Part shown: positions 47,082 to 54,513 of the stretch, in pieces | Layout: each line of letters opens with the position of its first letter | Position numbering within the stretch: position 1 is the stretch's first letter | Notes under the pieces: generated by a model | The model's input: the letters and a program-made list of their open reading frames with translations, nothing else | The model's database searches: none | Told to the model about the DNA's origin: nothing | Origin: a virus | Taxonomy: Duplodnaviria; Caudoviricetes | Length of the DNA stretch: 54,513 bases | Strand: one strand, 5' to 3' | IMG/VR virus record: IMGVR_UViG_3300025652_000089 | Span: 1-54,513 of that record | Program-made: the position numbers and the translations under genes

Positions 47082-48059
47082 TCAGCTATTCCATCCCATC
47101 AATTCGAGTGCTTCATTTGTGTAAAACTCACGTCCCAAACATCGCATTCCAAAGCACTTAACAACTTCAGCACTTATCTTGTTAGTTGTTAATACCTTTT
47201 TAAAGACCTTAGCTAATTCTAGCTTAGCATTGACCTTATCCATGTCATTTGAATACATTGATTTGATGATAGGTGTAATGCGCTTAAGAAAGGCTGCATG
47301 TGTTCCGTTCGGGTTATTGATGCTGAAGTCTAAAAGCTCATACATTAACTCGTAGCGTCTCATGGTTTGTTTTACACTGGTAAAACGGCTAACCAATCTA
47401 AACTCAATTAAGTCCCCTTTTACTAAACATACATTATACCTACCGTTGTTGTTTATTCGCTCACTGTGGGAAATCTGCATGGTAGGGTTACCGTTGCAAT
47501 AGCCGTTCGACAGTCGCTTGTTGAAAAGCGCCAAAATGATTCCGCAATTTCCGCGAATTGCTTTCATTATTTCTTCGCCATCCATACCTTGCACCCCTAA
47601 TGTGATGTGGCCGCCACAACTTTGGTTGCTTGGTGAATACTCATCATTAATAACTTTCTTAGCGTCATGTATCATGCTGAAGACTTTATTTCGCCAAAGC
47701 CCTGCACCCACTAATGGTAAAATGTTAGTGATGGCTTCGACTCCATTTCTCACTCCATTTGCGCCACAACTTGAGTCGTATTCCCAATGTGAGAATAAAG
47801 GGTATTCTTTTATCGCGCTTCTTGGTACTGAGTTTTTTTCAATTTCCATTCCTATAGTAAAACGGCTATCCATTTCGTCATATCTCGCACCATTGACCAA
47901 GTTTTTCTTTGCATTACGGTTAAGGTTGACAATGTCTAGATGCTTCGCCCCTTTGTTGTGGGTAATTGGTCGAATGCCAATTCGACTACCTTCATGATAC
48001 CTTAAAACTTGTGCTCTATTGTTTTCACCTGTTACTTCGTATTTGATTGAATTATTCAT
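47082..48059 (-). CDS. putative amidoligase (COOH-NH2 ligase, glutamine synthetase-like fold)
   Basis: TIGMEIE, DSSC..GVE.IT..L, SCGGHI, IEFR motifs. Confidence 0.75.
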   Translation of the reverse strand: MNNSIKYEVTGENNRAQVLRYHEGSRIGIRPITHNKGAKHLDIVNLNRNAKKNLVNGARYDEMDSRFTIGMEIEKNSVPRSAIKEYPLFSHWEYDSSCGANGVRNGVEAITNILPLVGAGLWRNKVFSMIHDAKKVINDEYSPSNQSCGGHITLGVQGMDGEEIMKAIRGNCGIILALFNKRLSNGYCNGNPTMQISHSERINNNGRYNVCLVKGDLIEFRLVSRFTSVKQTMRRYELMYELLDFSINNPNGTHAAFLKRITPIIKSMYSNDMDKVNAKLELAKVFKKVLTTNKISAEVVKCFGMRCLGREFYTNEALELMGWNS

Positions 48060-48099
48060 TTTGATTTGATTTAAGTGGGTATTTGAATACCCGTTTGAA

Positions 48100-48762
48100 T
48101 TATTGGTTAATTGTGTTTGCTATTAATGAGACTGCGGCGGAAATTTCCTCTAAATTGCTACCTGTTAAGTTACCGTTATCATCTATTCTCAATGATAGAT
48201 TTTTTCCATTCGTATTCTTAAATGATAATGTCAAAACATAGTTAACGCTCTCAGCTATTTCCGCGCTTTCTATTGCTTCATTTTCTGCTTCCGTAACTTC
48301 ATCCTCACTAGCATCAGCGTCAATGCCTAATGCTTCGTTTGACAGGTCAATGTCTTTGGCAAATTTCAATAACCCAATTAATGACCTGTCGGCTTTTTCA
48401 CTTGCAGCAATTAACCTATCACATGCCACATTGAACGCGGCAATAATTCGTTCGTCTAGCTTCGCTACCTGTAAACATCTGTTGTATTGGCGCTTTTCCA
48501 TTCCTAAAGCGATTGACCCAAATTCGTTTTTTGTCCATGATATACCAGCGTCTAGTAGCGTTTCTTTGCCTTCATCGCTATTAAACCATTCGGTCGCATT
48601 GGCGATGAGATTGGATAGGTGAACACTAGCAGTAAATTTTTTCGTAGCATAACTGTTTTTTGAACGCTTTGCTGCATTGATATCACGAATGTTCACTGCA
48701 ATTTTGAACGCATCGCTGTTGAGGAATGCCGCTTCGATTGATAAAATTTCTCTGTTTTCCAT
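48100..48762 (-). CDS. first early gene, hypothetical protein
   Basis: 220 aa, possible HTH, acidic linker; promoter-like TATATTTA at 48829-48836. Confidence 0.7.
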   Translation of the reverse strand: MENREILSIEAAFLNSDAFKIAVNIRDINAAKRSKNSYATKKFTASVHLSNLIANATEWFNSDEGKETLLDAGISWTKNEFGSIALGMEKRQYNRCLQVAKLDERIIAAFNVACDRLIAASEKADRSLIGLLKFAKDIDLSNEALGIDADASEDEVTEAENEAIESAEIAESVNYVLTLSFKNTNGKNLSLRIDDNGNLTGSNLEEISAAVSLIANTINQ

Positions 48763-49271
48763 AGTTAAAGTGTTAATTATCAGCGAGTTAAGTGATTTAT
48801 TTGGTTTGTGTTACTCGCTTTCATGCTGTAAATATACACTATTCACTAGAATTAGACGGTAATTAGACAAGTTTTATGCAGTGGGTATTCAAATACCCGT
48901 TTGTGTTGGTGATGGTTTATTTGTGATTGAGTTTAGATTGACAGTTATTATGCGCTAAGTGAATGCGTGCAGCAAACAGCGCATTACATCAACTGGTATG
49001 AATCACAACGCGTAACTAGTCTAGTATGCATATATCAATACCCATGGAATAGTTGTTACCTATGGACTAAACTCATGGAATGCTGAAACTTATGACTGAT
49101 GATGGTCAATTGATGGGGGACGTGGGTCAAATGAAATCGATTTTTTTATTTGGAATTAATTTTATTTTTCGCTGTATAACCCAATACCCCTGAATAAGTA
49201 AACAAGTTTTTTAAATAAAAAAAACTCTAACGTGACACTAAGATTTATGTGACGTTAAACAGTGTTTGAAC

Positions 49272-49333
49272 AAAAGTGTAAACATAGTAAGTATAATATA
49301 TATATATCCCTACTACTTTTACACTTTTTAAAC
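49272..49333. repeat. 60-bp imperfect palindrome, copy 2
   Basis: aaaagtgtaaacatagtaagtataata...tatatccctactacttttacacttttt. Confidence 0.9.
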
Positions 49334-49432
49334 CACCATTAGGACTGACGATGCCTCTATTATGGTTTTCAATTATTTTTTAAATTCTACGTTTTTGACG
49401 TAACTATATATGTATGGGTAATAATATTAAAC

Positions 49433-50341
49433 ATGGCTAGGAAGAACGAAGCTAAATGGAAAAGGATAGTTGCGTCTGTCAAGGCAAGTAGCAAGGGTGG
49501 TAAACCAGGACAGTGGTCAGCCCGTAAGGCGCAGTTAGCAACACAGCGTTACAAGAAGTCTGGTGGCACATACACAGGCCCTAAAACAAAAGCCCAAAAG
49601 TCTTTGTCTAAGTGGACAAAAGAGGACTGGGGTACAAAATCTGGAAAGCCATCGACACAAGGTAGTAAGGCTACAGGGGAGAGGTACCTACCCAAGAAGG
49701 TCCGTGAGGGTTTAACAAAGGAAGAGTACGAGGAAACAAGTAGAAAAAAACGAGAGGATACAAAGAAGGGTAAGCAGGTTAGTAAACAACCAAAGAAGAT
49801 AGCCAAGAAGACATCGAAACTAAAAGGCCCTAGTATGGATGGTAATCGTAAAGGATATAAAAAAGTTATAAGTGAGGAATCTGGTTCAACGGAGCAAGGT
49901 AGGAAAACCGTTGTTGCTACATACAGACCATCTCGTGGTCTAAGCAAGGTTGTAGAGAGAGACATAGAATACAGAACCGCTACATCACCAAAGAATAAAA
50001 TAATAGAAAAAGAGGTTACAAAAAGGTACGGGGACGGTAGTGTTAAGTCATACAAAAACATCGTCAAACAAAACGGTAGTATAGTTAAAGAAGTGACTAC
50101 ACCAAAAGTAAAGTATAAAAAAGGAGAAAAACCATTCGGTAAAAAAATTGGAGCAAACATGAAGGGAGTACCACACTACAAGAAAGACGGTACCGAATAC
50201 AAGGGGGCCACACACAAGTCAGGTAAACAACTAATGTCTGGTAAGACGCATACATCATCCAGCGTGAACCTGTTTCACAAGGACGAGATACCTGGACCAA
50301 GTATGCAGGGTTCATGGATGCGTAAACACGTTAAAGGATAG
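49433..50341 (+). CDS. very basic modular protein (putative internal virion/DNA-binding)
   Basis: 302 aa K/R-rich; modules separated by GPSM/GANM/GPSM. Confidence 0.7.
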   Translation: MARKNEAKWKRIVASVKASSKGGKPGQWSARKAQLATQRYKKSGGTYTGPKTKAQKSLSKWTKEDWGTKSGKPSTQGSKATGERYLPKKVREGLTKEEYEETSRKKREDTKKGKQVSKQPKKIAKKTSKLKGPSMDGNRKGYKKVISEESGSTEQGRKTVVATYRPSRGLSKVVERDIEYRTATSPKNKIIEKEVTKRYGDGSVKSYKNIVKQNGSIVKEVTTPKVKYKKGEKPFGKKIGANMKGVPHYKKDGTEYKGATHKSGKQLMSGKTHTSSSVNLFHKDEIPGPSMQGSWMRKHVKG

Positions 50342-50346
50342 AAAAT

Positions 50347-50688
50347 ATGCCTACTGTAAAAAGAAAAAGAAAAAAGCACTTAAGAAATCTTGAAAGGAAC
50401 CAGTCTGGGCGCAATGCCACAGTAAAAATGGAGTTTTATCCTGATGAGCCTAGAATAGAGGGGGGAGAAAAAGTAAGACATTATGCTGCACCTTCTATTA
50501 CATTTAAAGGCAACGAACCAGCAAAACCGCAAAGTTTCGACCAAGCTTTAGAAGCTGGTGAAGTGTACGAGTTTATGAATAAAAATAAAGCAGAAAGGTT
50601 TGCTGCTTATTCTTGGAAACAAGGTGAAGCTAGGAAAGAAGCAAAAGAAGATTTTAAGGTTGCTAAAAAAATGAAAAGAGATGCGTAA
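50347..50688 (+). CDS. basic hypothetical protein
   Basis: 113 aa in operon. Confidence 0.6.
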   Translation: MPTVKRKRKKHLRNLERNQSGRNATVKMEFYPDEPRIEGGEKVRHYAAPSITFKGNEPAKPQSFDQALEAGEVYEFMNKNKAERFAAYSWKQGEARKEAKEDFKVAKKMKRDA

Positions 50689-51247
50689 ACAAAAGTTAAG
50701 CCCCGAAGCATCCAAAGCTAAGGCCATAAGGGATAAGAAAATAGCCATGACTGGGCATCGTAAGAAAAGAAAGAGGGAGAACGAGAGGATGGGTCAGAGG
50801 TCAGACAGCGACATACACCACACAAAGGACGGTAAGCAGGTTCGTGTATCTATAAATAAAAATAGGGGTAATTTTGGTAAGGGAACTAAAAGCGAGGGTC
50901 CAAACATGATGGGTCAGACATGGTTAAGTAGAAAAGTACAGGGTGTAGGTCCAAACATGGTGGACAAATCCAAAATGTCCTGCAATAAGCCCACAAAGTC
51001 CTCCAGACCTGGCAAGAAAAAAATGGTTAAAGCCTGTTCTGGTGGAAAAGAGAAGATAATACACTTCGGAGCCTCTGGATATGGGCATAATTACAGTGCT
51101 GCGGCTAGGAAAAGCTTCAAGGCACGGCATAAATGCGGTTCAGCCAACGATAAACTGTCAGCAAGGTACTGGGCATGTAAAAATCTATGGGCTGGCAAGG
51201 GTGGCTCCACTAAATCTTCCCCAAAAAGTAAGAGGGGTAAGTACTAA
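50681..51247 (+). CDS. basic modular protein
   Basis: 188 aa; two GPNM linkers; C-terminal module with IIHFG...RKSFKARHKC...SARYWAC. Confidence 0.7.
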   Translation: MRKQKLSPEASKAKAIRDKKIAMTGHRKKRKRENERMGQRSDSDIHHTKDGKQVRVSINKNRGNFGKGTKSEGPNMMGQTWLSRKVQGVGPNMVDKSKMSCNKPTKSSRPGKKKMVKACSGGKEKIIHFGASGYGHNYSAAARKSFKARHKCGSANDKLSARYWACKNLWAGKGGSTKSSPKSKRGKY

Positions 51248-51265
51248 AAAATATAAAAAGAAAAA

Positions 51266-52780
51266 ATGGCAATTAATTACACATATCCAGTAAAGGCTGT
51301 ACCAACGGTATCTGACAATGTCCTGATTATAGACAACGAGGACACAACGAACCCAAGGTCTACTAAAACTGCAACAATCCAAAGCATCGTCAACCTAGCT
51401 TCAGGTGGTGGTGGTGGTGCAACGTGGGGAAGCATTACTGGAACACTGTCTACCCAAACAGATTTACAAAGTGCCTTAGACGCAAAACAAGACACGTTAA
51501 CATTAACAACAACGGGTTCAAGTGGGGCTGCTACATTAGTGGGTAGTACCCTAAATATTCCAGAATACGCTGGTGGTGGAGGAGTATCAAGTGTTACAGG
51601 AACAGCTCCAGTAGTTTCTTCAGGTGGAACAACACCAGATATATCAATGGCAGCGGCAACAACGCTAGAAGGTGGATACTTAACTCGAATTGATTGGAAC
51701 ACGTTCAACAACAAATTAACTACTGTTTCGGGAGATTTAACACCAGTACTTAGTGGAAATTTAGATGTCAATAATAACAGTATTGTTTCAAATGGTGGAT
51801 TAGATATAAAGATAACACCAGATGCTACAGGTAATGTTATTATTGATGGTATAAAGTACCCACAAGCAGATGGAACAGGAGGACAAGTGCTTCAGACCAA
51901 CGGAGCAGGGCAGTTATCATTCGTTACAGTAAGTGGTAGTGGAACAGTAACTGAGGTGACAGCTAATGCACCTTTATCGGTTATAAGCGGAGCTTCGACC
52001 CCTGACTTGACAATAACACAAGCAACAACGTCAGTAGATGGGTACTTAACTTCAACTGATTGGAACACATTTAACAATAAATTAAGTAGTGTTGGGGGTG
52101 ATGCCGCACCAATACTTAGTGGAAACCTAGATGTCAATGGTAACAGTATTGTGTCAGGGGCTGGTGGAAATATTTCAATAACACCTGATACTACAGGTAG
52201 TGTTATATTAGATGGCATCAGCTACCCACAAGCAGATGGAACAATAGACCAAGTACTAAAAACAAATGGTGCTGGGCAGTTGTCTTTTACATCACAAACA
52301 TCAGGTACAGTAACATCTGTTGGTGGAACGGGTACGGTAAGTGGATTAACACTTACAGGTACAGTAACGTCATCAGGTAACCTTACGCTTGGGGGAAGCA
52401 TAACAGGTTTCTTACCATTAGCAGGCGGTGATATGGAAGGGGCTATAACTGGTAATCAAGACATAACAGGTAAAAGACCTATAGTTACTGACACAACTAC
52501 AAATATAGACCTAACGCTAGGCATACACGAGGGTACTTTTATATACTCTGATAGTGCTTTAGCGGTAACTGTAAATATTCTATTAAATACAGCACAAGCA
52601 TTCCCTGTAGGTACAGAGATTGATTTAATTCAAGCAGGTCTAGGTCAGGTAACAATAACCCCAGCGGGGAGCGTTAATTTAAATGGTGCAAATGCAGGAA
52701 TACCAATTACAGCACAATGGGGAGGTGTAACATTGAAACAAATAACAGTAGACAACTGGATAATTGTTGGTAAAATATAA
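51266..52780 (+). CDS. tail fibre-like protein with internal duplication
   Basis: 504 aa G/T/S-rich; two ~120-aa repeats (GYLT..DWNTFNNKL...YPQADGT..QVL.TNGAGQLSF). Confidence 0.75.
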   Translation: MAINYTYPVKAVPTVSDNVLIIDNEDTTNPRSTKTATIQSIVNLASGGGGGATWGSITGTLSTQTDLQSALDAKQDTLTLTTTGSSGAATLVGSTLNIPEYAGGGGVSSVTGTAPVVSSGGTTPDISMAAATTLEGGYLTRIDWNTFNNKLTTVSGDLTPVLSGNLDVNNNSIVSNGGLDIKITPDATGNVIIDGIKYPQADGTGGQVLQTNGAGQLSFVTVSGSGTVTEVTANAPLSVISGASTPDLTITQATTSVDGYLTSTDWNTFNNKLSSVGGDAAPILSGNLDVNGNSIVSGAGGNISITPDTTGSVILDGISYPQADGTIDQVLKTNGAGQLSFTSQTSGTVTSVGGTGTVSGLTLTGTVTSSGNLTLGGSITGFLPLAGGDMEGAITGNQDITGKRPIVTDTTTNIDLTLGIHEGTFIYSDSALAVTVNILLNTAQAFPVGTEIDLIQAGLGQVTITPAGSVNLNGANAGIPITAQWGGVTLKQITVDNWIIVGKI

Positions 52781-52783
52781 TAT

Positions 52784-53473
52784 ATGTTTGGATTAAACTT
52801 TGGAGCAACAAGTTCGAGTGGTGGTGGTGGTGCATATGACTTTGAAAACGCTTTGTTATTTGACGGTGTTAATGATTATCTGCTTACGTCCCCTGCTGTT
52901 GACGTAGATGTAGCAGGTGACTTCATTTTTTCTTGGTGGTTTAAAAGTACCTTAACAGGAGGTAGTGCTGCAACTCAATTCATTGTAACAAATGCCACTG
53001 AATCAGACTACATTTTAAACGCTGGCTTAAATCGTGTCCGAATCAGGATAAACGGAACACATTACGACACCACCTATAATTGGAGCGCGGACAGCGATTG
53101 GCATCACTACTGCTATTATCGAGTTTCAGGCGTAATCAAGTTAGTAATTGACGGAGTTGATTACGGTACGGTGGGAACAAATACAAACATCTTCTCCTAT
53201 CGATATATGGGCAGGCGGGGTAGCTCAGTATCGCTCACGTTAAATGGTACGATTGACGATTGGTTTGTAAGCGAAGAAACGGTTACGCTTACTGAAGTCC
53301 AAGACATATACAACGGTGGCGCAGGAAATAATCCAACCACAGTTATTGGCGGAACGCCAAAGCAATACATTAACTTCAATCAAAGCAGTCCTGATTCAAC
53401 AGCAAACGCTCAAAACGGGTCAGATATGGCTTTGAATAACTTTAACACATCCACTTGTTGGGTAGCACACTAA
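52784..53473 (+). CDS. LamG/concanavalin A-like lectin domain protein (putative receptor binding)
   Basis: ALLFDGVNDY, FSWWFK, WHHY, LVIDG, LNGTIDD, EVQDIYNGG. Confidence 0.75.
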   Translation: MFGLNFGATSSSGGGGAYDFENALLFDGVNDYLLTSPAVDVDVAGDFIFSWWFKSTLTGGSAATQFIVTNATESDYILNAGLNRVRIRINGTHYDTTYNWSADSDWHHYCYYRVSGVIKLVIDGVDYGTVGTNTNIFSYRYMGRRGSSVSLTLNGTIDDWFVSEETVTLTEVQDIYNGGAGNNPTTVIGGTPKQYINFNQSSPDSTANAQNGSDMALNNFNTSTCWVAH

Positions 53474-53688
53474 TGACACATTACGGATACATAACAGACA
53501 ATACCTATGAAGTAGCCGACACGGCTATAACTTGGGACTTTATTAAATATAACGAAGACGAATCAACAACGGATTTTGTTGGCATCGAAAGCACAATTGC
53601 AATTGATTCTGACAAGGTTGTGATGTTTGAGTCTTCACAGGCATTCAACACCTGGAAATACGAATTTGAACCAGAAGAAGACATCTAG
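53473..53688 (+). CDS. small acidic protein (possible fibre chaperone)
   Basis: ATG at 53473 overlapping previous stop (taATG); 71 aa. Confidence 0.55.
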   Translation: MTHYGYITDNTYEVADTAITWDFIKYNEDESTTDFVGIESTIAIDSDKVVMFESSQAFNTWKYEFEPEEDI

Positions 53689-53690
53689 TC

Positions 53691-53984
53691 ATGGAAAATG
53701 AAACTATCATACCAATGTTAGTTGCTCTTATAGGCGCATTAGGACTTAAAGAAGGATGGAATATCTGGAAGAAAAAAATAGATAGCTCTAACTCCTTTAA
53801 GTCTAGCATCAGAGAAGACAACAAAAATAGGATAGGAGAGTTGGAGAAAAAAATAGAGGGTTTGTACAAAAGAATAGAGGAGCTAATAGAGGACAACGGA
53901 AAACTAAAGAGTAGTCTGGCTAGGCTAGAAGAGAGGATACTACTCACCGCAAAGAATAGGGTTAAGAAAAAAACAGACATCTAA
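53691..53984 (+). CDS. N-terminal TM + coiled-coil protein (holin/spanin-like candidate)
   Basis: IIPMLVALIGALGL followed by heptad repeat. Confidence 0.45.
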   Translation: MENETIIPMLVALIGALGLKEGWNIWKKKIDSSNSFKSSIREDNKNRIGELEKKIEGLYKRIEELIEDNGKLKSSLARLEERILLTAKNRVKKKTDI

Positions 53985-54044
53985 AAAACCCTGCACTCGT
54001 CCTTAACACGAAACATAACAAGTTCAATTAAATTTAATTAAGTA

Positions 54045-54513
54045 ATGTCAGACAATATAATTAAACACCTTAGCTTCGGTGATGAGGCTAGGGGAAATGT
54101 GTTTAACGGTATAGATAAGCTATACCTAGCGGTAAGTTCAACCCTTGGAGCAAGTGGTAAGTGTGTGCTTCTAGAGGACGGCTCTGGAAACCCTGTGGTA
54201 ACAAAGGACGGTGTGACGGTAGCTAACGCAGTTACGCTAATAGACCCAATAGAAAACATGGGTGCCACACTGTTAAAGCAGGCGGCAAGAAAGACAGTGG
54301 AGGAAGCTGGTGACGGAACTACAACAGCCACTATACTAGCGCACTCAATTATAAATGAGGCACAAAAGATTGAGGGTTTCAGTGAAAGAGAAATTAAGGC
54401 TGGTATAAACTCAGCAACATTGAAAGTAATTAAATACCTAGAAGACAGGGCTAAGGATGTGAGTGGTGAGATGCTCAAGCACGTTGCTACCATTTCGTCT
54501 AACAATGACGAGG
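54045..54513 (+). CDS. groEL: chaperonin GroEL, 3'-truncated
   Basis: Hand-translated MSDNIIKHLSFGDEARGNVFNGIDKLYLAVSSTLGASG...VTKDGVTVA...ENMGATLLKQAARKTVEEAGDGTTTATILA; GDGTTT ATP-binding motif. Confidence 0.95.
   Translation, partial: MSDNIIKHLSFGDEARGNVFNGIDKLYLAVSSTLGASGKCVLLEDGSGNPVVTKDGVTVANAVTLIDPIENMGATLLKQAARKTVEEAGDGTTTATILAHSIINEAQKIEGFSEREIKAGINSATLKVIKYLEDRAKDVSGEMLKHVATISSNNDE

Noticed and set aside
49096-49140. Second CTGATGA...GAAA, possible hammerhead
   Set aside because: No stem II closing onto GAAA and no stems I/III
54038-54505. 155-aa minus-strand ORF
   Set aside because: Antisense shadow of groEL
1-54513. Alternative genetic code, introns/inteins, integrase, DGR
   Set aside because: Genes are full length under code 11; terL, nrdA and helicase are uninterrupted; no integrase or reverse transcriptase motifs found

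Overview
The window is most of a lytic, podovirus-type (P22/crAss-like tail layout) dsDNA phage genome, very probably infecting Bacteroidota/Flavobacteria (TAnnTTTG promoters, A/T-rich SD-less translation starts, Bacteroidota-type ECF sigma and SSB). It begins inside a GroES-like gene and ends inside groEL, so it looks like a near-complete circularly permuted genome. Plus strand 0.3-27.9 kb: terminase, portal, scaffold, major capsid, tail and large ejection-type proteins. Minus strand 28-39 kb: class Ia RNR, nucleases, Twinkle-like primase-helicase, SSB, exonuclease/ERF pair, sigma factor, Rep-like HTH protein, and no DNA polymerase. Minus strand 39-48.8 kb: early accessory genes. Plus strand 49.4-54.5 kb: basic proteins, tail fibre, LamG domain protein, groEL. 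The most interesting material is non-coding and concentrated in the early region: a textbook type III hammerhead ribozyme (46995-47049, minus) just downstream of an amidoligase gene; a duplicated structured-RNA motif with covarying stems plus a cluster of related hairpins (43050-43335, 45135-45201); a 19-nt motif placed 8-9 nt before five start codons; five copies of a GGGTATT-N2-AATACCC palindrome; three copies of a 16-mer; and two homologous ~60-bp palindromes in inverted orientation bracketing the whole early region (39213-39272, 49272-49333). Together these suggest an undescribed RNA-processing/regulatory architecture for the early transcript (inference). Basic proteins at 49.4-51.2 kb look like polyproteins joined by G-P-x-M linkers. 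All family assignments come from motif recognition by eye, not database searches.
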